Of a DNA stretch of 45,563 nt, positions 25,741 to 34,038 are shown in pieces. The notes beneath the pieces are model-generated. The model saw only the letters and a program-made list of their open reading frames with translations, made no database searches and was not told where the DNA came from. Every line of letters starts with the position of its first letter. The stretch's first letter is position 1. The translations under genes and the position numbers were made by a program. The stretch covers positions 1 through 45,563 of the forward strand of contig JAZKYN010000070.1 of the NCBI GenBank assembly GCA_045612145.1, written 5' to 3'. The DNA is from Bacilli bacterium. Lineage in GTDB: Bacteria; Bacillota_I; Bacilli_A; ML615J-28; CAG-313.

Positions 25741-25914
25741 ATGAAAACAGGCGGTATCGGTTGGTGGTGTCGTCAACGAATTAAAAGACTAAAAAAACTT
25801 GTAGAAAAAGAAATGGAAAAATCAAAACCAAATATGGAATTGATTTACGGCTACCAATATTTAATTGATGAATACGAAAATAAGATTAGTGTTAAAAGCA
25901 CTAACGAAAAGTAG
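25741..25914 (+). CDS. small basic protein (57 aa)
   Basis: Not in the ORF track. AGGAG lies upstream. No family recognised. Confidence 0.35.
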   Translation: MKTGGIGWWCRQRIKRLKKLVEKEMEKSKPNMELIYGYQYLIDEYENKISVKSTNEK

Positions 25915-25937
25915 TAGCGTGTATTTTTAGTTAATGT

Positions 25938-26153
25938 ATGAAAAGAAGACAAGTTATCCTAAAAATTGTTGAAAACGATGAAATGAAGATTGAAAAGCTT
26001 TGTTCATCAAAATGTTTATTTAATTGTTCTGAGGTTGTATACTTATTTTTAAACAATACAATAGAAGAAGTTAGCGAAATTTTGAATATGCCTATCCGAA
26101 CCGTTAATAACAAAATCGACAAATTTATTAAGACATTTACAAATGAGAGTTAA
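25938..26153 (+). CDS. small HTH protein resembling sigma-70 region 4
   Basis: IEEVSEILNMPIRTVNNKIDKFIK resembles a region-4 HTH. The RBS is weak. A terminator follows. Confidence 0.35.
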   Translation: MKRRQVILKIVENDEMKIEKLCSSKCLFNCSEVVYLFLNNTIEEVSEILNMPIRTVNNKIDKFIKTFTNES

Positions 26154-26170
26154 AAGCTCTCGTTTTTTTT
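26145..26170 (+). terminator. intrinsic terminator
   Basis: GAGAG/CTCTC stem followed by a T8 run. Confidence 0.55.
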
Positions 26171-26225
26171 ATTTTGGCACAATTTTGGTATTTTTTTAGC
26201 ATTATTTTGGTATTTTTTCAGCATT
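26171..26225 (+). repeat. direct repeats ATTTTGG (x3) including two 22-23-bp units ATTTTGGTATTTTTT(T/C)AGCATT
   Basis: Units at 26182-26203 and 26204-26225, with a partial copy at 26171. They lie ~60 bp upstream of the ORF at 26286. Confidence 0.7.
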
Positions 26226-26285
26226 GTTAAACAAAAATTTCTGTATTATACTCTTGGTGTAAACTTTAATTGAAGGAGAATTTTT

Positions 26286-26693
26286 ATGCAACCTAATTAT
26301 TATAATAATGGTTATGGTAGTTATCCTTATCAACAAAATCAAGTTAATTACCAACAACCTTATCAGCAACCACAACCTACAAGGTTGACTCAAAGTTTAT
26401 TCGTTTTAGTGAACAACGATGCTGAAGCACAAGCTTATATAGTACAACCTAATCAAACAGTTTATTTATTAAATTTAAAAGATTTGATTCTTACTATAAA
26501 AAAAGCTGACAGAGATGGAATGTACGAGCCTGAAAAATATTTCTTAAATAAAGATAAAGACGAAAAGCCAGAGCAAGAGCCTAAATATGTTACAGTTGAC
26601 CAATTTACAAACCTACAAAATCAAATAAATTCTTTATTTCAAATGGTTAAACAAAACAACAATGGCACTCAAAAAAACGGAGGAACTAAATAA
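26286..26693 (+). CDS. protein with Q/N/Y/P-rich N-terminus
   Basis: GAAGGAG RBS. The N-terminal 32 aa read NYYNNGYGSYPYQQNQVNYQQPYQQPQP. No family recognised. Confidence 0.6.
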   Translation: MQPNYYNNGYGSYPYQQNQVNYQQPYQQPQPTRLTQSLFVLVNNDAEAQAYIVQPNQTVYLLNLKDLILTIKKADRDGMYEPEKYFLNKDKDEKPEQEPKYVTVDQFTNLQNQINSLFQMVKQNNNGTQKNGGTK

Positions 26694-26965
26694 TGTATAA
26701 TAATAATCAATTTATGAATGTTCAAAATAATGCGATGCAAAACCTAAGACAAATATTGACGTTAGGGAACGACCCTAATGCACTACAACAAATGGTTTTA
26801 CAAAACAATCCACAATTAAGAATTATAGCAAATCAAATGCAACAAAGTAATTTAACACCAACTCAATACATTATGCAAATGGCTAAACAAAACAACATAC
26901 CTTTAACAGAGCAAATGGTGGAAAATTTAATGCAAAGTTTAAAAGGGATAATCCCACAAAGATAG
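26693..26965 (+). CDS. Q/N-rich helical-repeat protein
   Basis: GGAGG RBS, TAATG coupling. Contains NPQL/MQQ-type repeats. Confidence 0.55.
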   Translation: MYNNNQFMNVQNNAMQNLRQILTLGNDPNALQQMVLQNNPQLRIIANQMQQSNLTPTQYIMQMAKQNNIPLTEQMVENLMQSLKGIIPQR

Positions 26966-27054
26966 GTATTAAGAATTATCAAATTATAGCTCGAGATGTA
27001 ATTTAATAATCTATAAATACAAAAAATTTAACAAGAAAGGTTTTAAAAAATAAT

Positions 27055-27741
27055 ATGTATATCGAAGGAGATGTTCCTGTTGTAACAACAGGTAATAATG
27101 GTTATAACAACGGATTCGGATTTGGTGGAGGTTGGGAAGGCTTAATTGGTCTTATTGCAGTTGCTGCTTTATTCGGTGGTGGTTATGGATTTGGTGGCTT
27201 TGGCTTTGGTGGTAATCGTGGAGGCTATGGTGGAAACTATGCTACACAAGCAGATTTAAGTGCAGGTTTTGCAAATAGCGAAATTATGTCTGACTTAAAC
27301 GATATTTTACTATCTAACCAACAAGGATTTGCAAGCGTTCAACAATCATTGTGTCAAGGATTTAATGGAATCAACACTGCTATTCTTCAAAGTTCAAACG
27401 CTACTGAACGTGGATTTGCAACTTTAGGTTATAACTTAGCTAATTGTTGCTGTGACCTAAAAGGTGCTATTGCAGATGTTAAATACGCAAACGAAAGACA
27501 AACTTGCGACATTATCAATGCAATCAATGCAGGCAACCAACGTTTAGTTGATATTTATACAAGCGATAAGATTGACACATTAAATCGTAAACTTGCAACT
27601 GCTGAAGCTCAATTATCTAATCAAGCTCAAAGTGCTTACATCGTAAGCCAACTTAAAGCACCTGTTCCTATTCCGTCATACACAGTTCCTAATCCGAATT
27701 GCTGCTATGGTGCAGGCGTAGGAATCGCAACAATTCAATAA
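27055..27741 (+). CDS. Gly/Tyr/Phe-rich membrane-anchored protein with Cys-rich C-terminal domain
   Basis: GFGFGGGWEGLIGLIAVAALFGGGYGFGGFGFGGNRGGYGG is followed by a helical Q/N/A-rich domain with CCC and CC clusters. Confidence 0.55.
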   Translation: MYIEGDVPVVTTGNNGYNNGFGFGGGWEGLIGLIAVAALFGGGYGFGGFGFGGNRGGYGGNYATQADLSAGFANSEIMSDLNDILLSNQQGFASVQQSLCQGFNGINTAILQSSNATERGFATLGYNLANCCCDLKGAIADVKYANERQTCDIINAINAGNQRLVDIYTSDKIDTLNRKLATAEAQLSNQAQSAYIVSQLKAPVPIPSYTVPNPNCCYGAGVGIATIQ

Positions 27742-27780
27742 GAATTAAATATTGAAAAAAAGGATTAATTATCCTGTAAT

Positions 27781-27812
27781 AGGGCATAGTTAATTCTATG
27801 TCCTATATTTTT
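27781..27812 (+). terminator. intrinsic terminator
   Basis: AGGGCATAG/CTATGTCCT stem, loop TTAATT, T-rich tail. It shares the core TAGTTAATTCTA with the terminator at 29272. Confidence 0.6.
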
Positions 27813-27836
27813 ATAAAATTATAAGGAGACAAAAAA

Positions 27837-28295
27837 ATGGCAAATGATATTATTAGTTTAATTAATTCTGCTCCACAAGAATTAGCTGAAAACGAAGTAG
27901 TAAATTTAGGCACAGTTTATCGTAGATTTTTAATTACAAGAAAATGCCCTTTAAATAATTTACCAGTAATGTCAAGCAATGGCACAAGTGTAAGTTTAAA
28001 CAAACAAGGACTTTATGATGTTTTATTTACAGCTGTTGTATCCGCTCCAGCCGCAGGCACTGTTACTTTACAATTAGAAGTTGACGGTCAACCTATTGCT
28101 GGTGCTGAAGCATCTGAAACTATAACAACACCTACAACTGAATTAAGAAATCTAAGTATTAACTATGTTGTATTAGTAGATGAAAGTATTGTATTAAATA
28201 TTCCAACAATTTCTTCTAAGACAATTTCTTTAAGAAACGTAGGAGATGAAGCAACAATCGAAAATATCGTTACTACTGTTGTAAAAGAGGTGTAA
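27837..28295 (+). CDS. beta-sandwich protein, possibly C1q/TNF-like (BclA C-terminal domain-like)
   Basis: AAGGAG RBS. The pattern GLYDVLFTAVVS...TVTLQLEVDGQPI...INYVVLV resembles the exosporium BclA/ExsF-type jelly-roll. Similarity judged by eye only. Confidence 0.5.
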   Translation: MANDIISLINSAPQELAENEVVNLGTVYRRFLITRKCPLNNLPVMSSNGTSVSLNKQGLYDVLFTAVVSAPAAGTVTLQLEVDGQPIAGAEASETITTPTTELRNLSINYVVLVDESIVLNIPTISSKTISLRNVGDEATIENIVTTVVKEV

Positions 28296-28298
28296 TTT

Positions 28299-28907
28299 AT
28301 GAATAGAAATAAAGATTACATTATGTCAAGAGACGGTAGAAGTGATATGAGAATGTATCCAAGAATGTATGATGAACGAGGAAGATATGGTTCGAAAGGT
28401 AGAAGTTCTCGTCGTGACAGAGGTCGTGAACCACACGAAATGAGAAATTATGGAAGAAGCAGTTACGCTAGTGACCCACATAGAGAGAGAATGATGGGTG
28501 AAAATTATGAACGCAATGTCCCTTACGGTTATTATGCAGCTTATGGTATGTATCCTCACGATTATGCTAGCCGTGATTATTACGATGGCGGAAAAGACGC
28601 AGAAAACGAATATTACGAAGAATTAGAAGAATGGGGTAAAGAGTTAGAAAAATACGATATATTTCATTTACCTAAAGAAAAAGTAATAGAAAAAGCAAAA
28701 CAAATGGGTGTAACGTTTAAAGATTATGATGAAGAAGAATTTTACGTTACTTATTTAATGCAAATTAGTGATTACAAATCATTACACAATGTATTAAAAG
28801 ACCCAGCTTACTTTATCCATATGGCAAAAGATTTCTTAGAAGACGACGACGCTGAATATTATGGCGGCGAAAAACTATGTCGTTATATGGATTATATTGC
28901 TAAATAA
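28299..28907 (+). CDS. protein with R/Y/S/D-rich disordered N-terminal half
   Basis: The segment RMYDERGRYGSKGRSSRRDRGREPHEMRNYGRSSY is followed by an acidic helical C-terminal half. Confidence 0.55.
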   Translation: MNRNKDYIMSRDGRSDMRMYPRMYDERGRYGSKGRSSRRDRGREPHEMRNYGRSSYASDPHRERMMGENYERNVPYGYYAAYGMYPHDYASRDYYDGGKDAENEYYEELEEWGKELEKYDIFHLPKEKVIEKAKQMGVTFKDYDEEEFYVTYLMQISDYKSLHNVLKDPAYFIHMAKDFLEDDDAEYYGGEKLCRYMDYIAK

Positions 28908-28909
28908 TT

Positions 28910-29278
28910 ATGGCAAGATATGATTTTTACAACGTTAACCCTCTTGGAAAAATTGAAGAAGATTGCGTTTGTAGAGCGATTTCAGGTGCTTTAGAAGAAG
29001 ATTATTATGTGATTGAAAATAAACTACAATTAGTTGGAGATTTATTTGATTGTGAAAAATTATGTGTTTGTTGCTATAAATTTTTATTAGATGAAGTATT
29101 TGGTCTAAATAGAATTGAGGAGTTCAGCGGTCTTACGATTTCTGAATTTGCCCAACTCAATCCTATTGGAACTTTTATAATAAGAACCGACGGTCACTTA
29201 ACACATATTAAAAATGGAGTGTGCAGAGACACTTGGAATTGCACGAATATGATTGTCAGAATTGTATGGGTGGTGTAG
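28910..29278 (+). CDS. small putative papain-fold Cys/His hydrolase
   Basis: N-terminal NPLGKIEEDCVCRAIS (candidate nucleophile Cys) and C-terminal DGHLTHIKNGVCRDTWN (candidate His). Family not identified. Confidence 0.4.
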   Translation: MARYDFYNVNPLGKIEEDCVCRAISGALEEDYYVIENKLQLVGDLFDCEKLCVCCYKFLLDEVFGLNRIEEFSGLTISEFAQLNPIGTFIIRTDGHLTHIKNGVCRDTWNCTNMIVRIVWVV

Positions 29279-29299
29279 TTAATTCTACACCATTTTTTT
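29272..29299 (+). terminator. intrinsic terminator ending the plus-strand arm
   Basis: GGTGTAG/CTACACC stem, loop TTAATT, T7 run. Confidence 0.7.
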
Positions 29300-29338
29300 G
29301 CTTTTTATAGCGTTTCTGTATAATTTGTAAGACTAATT

Positions 29339-29369
29339 AAAAAAGCCCAAAATTCACACGATTTTGAGC
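29339..29369 (-). terminator. intrinsic terminator ending the minus-strand arm
   Basis: Minus-strand GCTCAAAAT/ATTTTGGGC stem (one G-U pair) followed by a T6 run. It is convergent with the terminator at 29272. Confidence 0.7.
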
Positions 29370-29382
29370 CTTATATTACGTT

Positions 29383-30147
29383 TTAGAGTTTAAATGTAGA
29401 GTTGTTTATTCCTCTTTTAAAAATATTGATGTTTCTCTTTAGCCCAAGCTTGTTTAAAGCTTTGTCACTAACATCTTTTAGAGGAATTCTTTTCTCCATA
29501 ACACAGTCTAAACAGTAGTCGTAAGCTTCTTGCATTTGTTCTTCAACTTTAGCTTCATCAAAATTTACTTTTAACGTAAGCATTTGAGTTTTATACATAT
29601 CTAAATTCCAATCTAAATTGATGTCAAATATGCCAGATTCTATTTTTTGTTCTTGTTCATTAGTGAAGAAAACATAAAAAACATAACCACTGTTGTACCC
29701 AGATAAATAAATTCCTAGTTGAGATTGAGATAAGTGAGTTGGTTGAATACCGTTTCTCTTAATAAAATCATAATCTTTAATATTTTTAGATTTTACTTCA
29801 ACGCTAGATATTACATTGTTTGATTCAATAGCAAAGTCTAAGTTTCCACCAAAAGCTGGGTTGTCAAACATATCGTAGGTATCTGTGTCAGCTCCGTACC
29901 ACTTATATTTCATTCCGTGTAAATCAAAATATCTTTTTACTAATTTCTCGGCAATGTCTCCACGCAATCCGTATAACTTTTTGAACGGGTCGCTTGCAAT
30001 AACTTTTTGCATCAAAAGGAATGTATCGCCTTTAGGATTGAAATTGTCAACGCCTAATAAACCGCCGAATTTAGTTGTATATATTTTACCTAAAGATAAA
30101 TTGCAATCGCTTAAATCTAAATATTCATCATCTACAATTTTAGGCAT
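29383..30147 (-). CDS. PD-(D/E)XK exonuclease (YqaJ/lambda Exo-like)
   Basis: GGNLDFAI...SSVEVKSK fits the D...E-x-K motif. It lies in the same arm as a RecT-like gene. Confidence 0.55.
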   Translation of the reverse strand: MPKIVDDEYLDLSDCNLSLGKIYTTKFGGLLGVDNFNPKGDTFLLMQKVIASDPFKKLYGLRGDIAEKLVKRYFDLHGMKYKWYGADTDTYDMFDNPAFGGNLDFAIESNNVISSVEVKSKNIKDYDFIKRNGIQPTHLSQSQLGIYLSGYNSGYVFYVFFTNEQEQKIESGIFDINLDWNLDMYKTQMLTLKVNFDEAKVEEQMQEAYDYCLDCVMEKRIPLKDVSDKALNKLGLKRNINIFKRGINNSTFKL

Positions 30148-30634
30148 AGTCTTTATTTTCTCCTTTTAAAATATCAACAATAAGCTTTGCTGATTCTGCT
30201 TTTCTACAAAATACGAATTTTACTCCGTATTTATTTTGCATAGTTAATAATATTTTCATTAAAGTTTCGCCTTTCATTTGACTTACTGGTAAACCTTTTT
30301 TAGCTCCGTATTTCCAAACTTTAGATTTCCAATATTTTAAAGCATAAACATTTGAAAAATACTCTTCTACAAGAACAATCAATTTTACACCTAGCTCTTG
30401 AGCTAATTGAAGCTCACGTCTAAATCTTTCGTGGTCTTGAGTAACGTTATTAATTAGTTCCATTATATTTTGCTTTCTGTCAATAGCAACACTTTGGTCA
30501 AAGATGTTAATGTAATCCCCTACAACGCACTTGCTTCTAACAGTTTTGATATTATGCTTATTAAAATAATCCAATAGATGAATGTTTTTACCTTCTTGTT
30601 CACGAGTATCTATTTGAATAACAAATTTTTCCAT
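30140..30634 (-). CDS. ERCC4/Mus81-type nuclease domain protein
   Basis: IDTREQ, VGDY and AIDRKQNIMEL fit the ERCC4 nuclease signature (GDY ... ERK). Confidence 0.6.
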   Translation of the reverse strand: MEKFVIQIDTREQEGKNIHLLDYFNKHNIKTVRSKCVVGDYINIFDQSVAIDRKQNIMELINNVTQDHERFRRELQLAQELGVKLIVLVEEYFSNVYALKYWKSKVWKYGAKKGLPVSQMKGETLMKILLTMQNKYGVKFVFCRKAESAKLIVDILKGENKDYA

Positions 30635-30642
30635 ATGTACTC

Positions 30643-31191
30643 CTAAAAAATAATTCTTCTTGAATTGAAATTAGCTAATTCGTTTTCTTGTTTTTCTAAT
30701 TCTTTTTGAAGTTTAATTTCGTATTTCTTCTTTTCTTTTGCAATAATTTCATCAACTTCTTCTTGTGAATAAATTGCTTGTTTATGTTTGCTCATTTTTC
30801 TTCTTGCGAAATCCCACTCATCAATATAAACAGAACAAACGCTTGATTTTTTTGCGGCAAAATAATAGTTATACAATTCAAATCCATAAGCAAAAATAGT
30901 CACATAAGGTCTTTTAGACATTATTTTACGTTCTTCGAAAGGTTTAGATTTATTTTCAGCAACCTTCATTGATTGTTCTGCCATTCTTTCTTTAAGTTTA
31001 TCGAATTGTTCTTGAGTACCTCTTAAAAACGTATTAAAATAAACTTCTTTTTGAGTGTAATATTTTTGTTTCTTTTGGCTGAATCTTCTAGTTGTGATTT
31101 CAGTAACACATTTTAAACAATTTGTTCCATCGGATTCAACAAAATCACTAATTTTGTAAATAGTAAATTTAACTTTATTTAAAACTTTCAC
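30643..31191 (-). CDS. hypothetical protein (GTG start)
   Basis: AAGGAG lies 9 nt upstream of the GTG. Part of the packed minus-strand array. Confidence 0.5.
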   Translation of the reverse strand: MKVLNKVKFTIYKISDFVESDGTNCLKCVTEITTRRFSQKKQKYYTQKEVYFNTFLRGTQEQFDKLKERMAEQSMKVAENKSKPFEERKIMSKRPYVTIFAYGFELYNYYFAAKKSSVCSVYIDEWDFARRKMSKHKQAIYSQEEVDEIIAKEKKKYEIKLQKELEKQENELANFNSRRIIF

Positions 31192-31871
31192 AATTTATAT
31201 TCTCCTTCTTTTACAATTTCTATTGGTTGAGTAATATATTTAGACAATCTATCAATTACTTCTTTGCCGTTAAAAGCTTTAGTAGATGACCAGTGAATTA
31301 CTAATAATTTTTCTGGCTTGTAATTTAAACTACTTAAATAATTTTCCATACTTTCTAAACTATGGTGGTTTTTAAAAGACTTTGTTAGATGAATAAACTC
31401 GTTGTTATCATCGTACATTGTTAATTCCACGATTTTTTCTTTTATGTGGTTAACTTCACATATCATATAATTAATTTTACAAGAAACTTTAGTGATTTTA
31501 TTAGTATCAGTAGCAAATAATATAGTTTTATTATCGCATCGAATCAAATACGAAACACATTCAACGTTATGGTATGCTTTAATAGGAATTACGACAAAAT
31601 CATTGTCTCCAAACACGATTGGTTTGTTAAGAGTTGCAGTTAAAGATGTTATAATTGGAATGTTTAAGTTTGAAAACATTTTGTCGTTATCTTTGTAATT
31701 GTGGTCGCTATGATTGTGCGAGATTAAGATTGCTTTTGTTTTGTCTATATTTATTTTTGTTATGATTTTTATATATTTGATTCCTAATTCTAAAACCAGC
31801 TGATTTCCTTTGTTATTTTCTAATATGTAAAAGTTGCCACCTGAGCCTGTTGCATAACATTTAAAAACCAT
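31188..31871 (-). CDS. metallo-beta-lactamase fold hydrolase
   Basis: HNHSDH (HxHxDH) motif. Confidence 0.75.
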   Translation of the reverse strand: MVFKCYATGSGGNFYILENNKGNQLVLELGIKYIKIITKINIDKTKAILISHNHSDHNYKDNDKMFSNLNIPIITSLTATLNKPIVFGDNDFVVIPIKAYHNVECVSYLIRCDNKTILFATDTNKITKVSCKINYMICEVNHIKEKIVELTMYDDNNEFIHLTKSFKNHHSLESMENYLSSLNYKPEKLLVIHWSSTKAFNGKEVIDRLSKYITQPIEIVKEGEYKL

Positions 31872-31872
31872 A

Positions 31873-32124
31873 TTATACCCACTTTAAAGGTTTAGAACAC
31901 TCAGGGCAGAATTTAGCTTTGCAATGTAGAACCGATAAATTTAACGGTTGACCACAAGTGCATTTTACAATTCCAAAACTTGGAACTTCTAAAGGTTTTA
32001 CTTTACTTTTTAACTTGTCAATTTCTCTGTTAAGTTCAGTTGCAATATTTTCAGCATAACTTTTATCTAATATTTCTTTAATATCTATTAAATTGTTTAT
32101 GATTTTTTGCATATTACTCTCCAT
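31873..32124 (-). CDS. zinc-ribbon protein
   Basis: CTC...CPEC cysteine pairs at the C-terminus. Confidence 0.45.
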   Translation of the reverse strand: MESNMQKIINNLIDIKEILDKSYAENIATELNREIDKLKSKVKPLEVPSFGIVKCTCGQPLNLSVLHCKAKFCPECSKPLKWV

Positions 32125-32518
32125 TTTTATCTTTTAAATATTTTTCAGCTACTTTCTTCCAAGCGATTAACGGTTTCATTCTTTTTCTTAACACTTTAAT
32201 TCTTGATTGGAAGTCGTTTATTTGATGGTTAATTTTATCAATATTTTGCAGAATTTCTTTGTCTGAATAACTATCGACATTGATTAACATTTCGTAACCT
32301 TTTTGTTGACATAAAGATATAATCGCATAGTGCATACTTAATTCGCTAATTTTATCTCTAACATTTCTGTTTTTTACATTTAATTCTTTTTCTAAAAATT
32401 CAAGTGTTAAAGGTTCTTTATCATATGCAAACATTTTAAAAATGTTGATTAACGAACCATTCTTTTTATCAAATTCTCTTTTTGTTTCTTTGTTTTGCTT
32501 TACTTTCTTATTATCCAT
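32114..32518 (-). CDS. hypothetical protein, possible winged-helix
   Basis: Part of the packed array. No motif recognised with confidence. Confidence 0.45.
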   Translation of the reverse strand: MDNKKVKQNKETKREFDKKNGSLINIFKMFAYDKEPLTLEFLEKELNVKNRNVRDKISELSMHYAIISLCQQKGYEMLINVDSYSDKEILQNIDKINHQINDFQSRIKVLRKRMKPLIAWKKVAEKYLKDKNGE

Positions 32519-32521
32519 TAT

Positions 32522-32782
32522 TTATTTTACCTCTTTTAAAGTCTTATCATACAACGCTGTTAAAATACGGTTAATGTAACAAGAACTTAAAAATGAGCTT
32601 TTATCAACAACACAAAATCCAATAATATAATTTTGAATCTTGTATAAAGTTTCTCCATTTTCTTTTTCAACAATTCGAACATCAGCAGTTTCTTTTACCT
32701 TGTTTATAATTGTTGTAAATATTCTGTTTTGCACTAACTCGTATTTGTAAGTGCTGTTTGTTGTGTCTTGTTTTATTTTCAT
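32522..32782 (-). CDS. hypothetical protein
   Basis: AAGGAGA RBS; first gene after the intergenic promoter candidate. Confidence 0.5.
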   Translation of the reverse strand: MKIKQDTTNSTYKYELVQNRIFTTIINKVKETADVRIVEKENGETLYKIQNYIIGFCVVDKSSFLSSCYINRILTALYDKTLKEVK

Positions 32783-32823
32783 CTTGTCTCCTTATTTGTT
32801 AACCTCATTGTGAGCGAATGAGT

Positions 32824-32852
32824 AACATAAATATATATGCTAATAAATTCAA
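32824..32852 (-). promoter_or_regulatory. candidate internal promoter (TTGAAT-17-TATGTT) flanked by inverted repeat TGTGAGCG/CGCTCACA
   Basis: Read on the minus strand. The 8-bp inverted-repeat arms lie at 32809-32816 and 32854-32861. Confidence 0.35.
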
Positions 32853-32875
32853 ACGCTCACACAAGGGTTATATTT

Positions 32876-34027
32876 TTATTTTAATCTTTTAATTGTAACT
32901 GTATATGTTTGTTGGTCATAAGTGTTAGGTACATTAGCCCATTTTTGACCAGAAGATGATACTTTTAAGTCTTTGTAAACATTGTATTTAACAACGATTT
33001 CAGTACCAACGTTTAAGTTTAAGTTTTCGATGTCACTAGCAGTGTAAGTAGTTAAATCGTTTGCTGTCATAGGACTTTCAACAATTTCTTCTTTTGGTTC
33101 TTCATAAACTGGAGTATCGTAATAAGATTGTTCGTTTACAACATTAACATCAGCGTGGTTTGGTACGACAACAGTTTCTTCAACTACAATTTCTTGAGCA
33201 ATTGGAGTAACTGAATCGGTATATGTTACTGGACTATTACTGTTGTTTCCGAAATCAACTTCTACAACATTTTCATTGCTTACATTTTGATTATTGTTTT
33301 CTTCATATTCTTCCATAGAATCGTAAGAGTCATAAAAATCAGTGTTGCTATCACTTTTGTTATAGATGTGCTTAGCTAAACGAGCTTCAACAGTTTTTCT
33401 ACACATTTCGTTAGCAAAGTTTTTATGAGTGTCTTTAATTCCGCCTTTAGATTGTAACCAAGATTTCCAAATGTCATCGAATGTCATAATGTCAGTTTCA
33501 ATTAATTCACCTTTTTCATTGTAAGCCGCCGCCCAAGCACCAGTAATTTTATTTTTATAATTATTCCAACTAGTATTATGTTTAATAGTTCTTAAACCGC
33601 AACTATCAATACTGATTTCTACTGTGTCGCCATCGTGAATGATAGTACCACGAATATTGATTCCTAAATCTCTTTTACATTGAACAATTCTACCGAAGTA
33701 TTCATCTTGTAATTTAAGTTCGTTATTATAAACAATTAAACTTGTTTGTGATTTAGATAAGTCAAGACGTTTGCTAAGAACTTCGTAAGCTGCTTGTCTA
33801 ATTGAGTCTGGAGTACAAGCTTTAACGGCAGGAACGCCAGCTTTATTAATTGTAGTTGCTAATTTTTGAGCGAACACAATCATTAAATGTTTTGCTTCGT
33901 TTTCGTCAACTTTACCACTAAAAATTTGATTATAACTTTCAGCAAAAGGTAAAACCATTTGCATTTCGTTAGTTAATTGTAAATCGTTATTTTGTTTAAC
34001 TTGAATTTCGTTTTGTTTGTTTTGCAT
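32876..34027 (-). CDS. RecT-like single-strand annealing protein with long acidic/low-complexity C-terminus
   Basis: The core up to NFANEMCRKTVEARLAKH resembles RecT family conserved segments. It neighbours nuclease genes. Confidence 0.55.
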   Translation of the reverse strand: MQNKQNEIQVKQNNDLQLTNEMQMVLPFAESYNQIFSGKVDENEAKHLMIVFAQKLATTINKAGVPAVKACTPDSIRQAAYEVLSKRLDLSKSQTSLIVYNNELKLQDEYFGRIVQCKRDLGINIRGTIIHDGDTVEISIDSCGLRTIKHNTSWNNYKNKITGAWAAAYNEKGELIETDIMTFDDIWKSWLQSKGGIKDTHKNFANEMCRKTVEARLAKHIYNKSDSNTDFYDSYDSMEEYEENNNQNVSNENVVEVDFGNNSNSPVTYTDSVTPIAQEIVVEETVVVPNHADVNVVNEQSYYDTPVYEEPKEEIVESPMTANDLTTYTASDIENLNLNVGTEIVVKYNVYKDLKVSSSGQKWANVPNTYDQQTYTVTIKRLK

Positions 34028-34038
34028 AAATACGCCTC

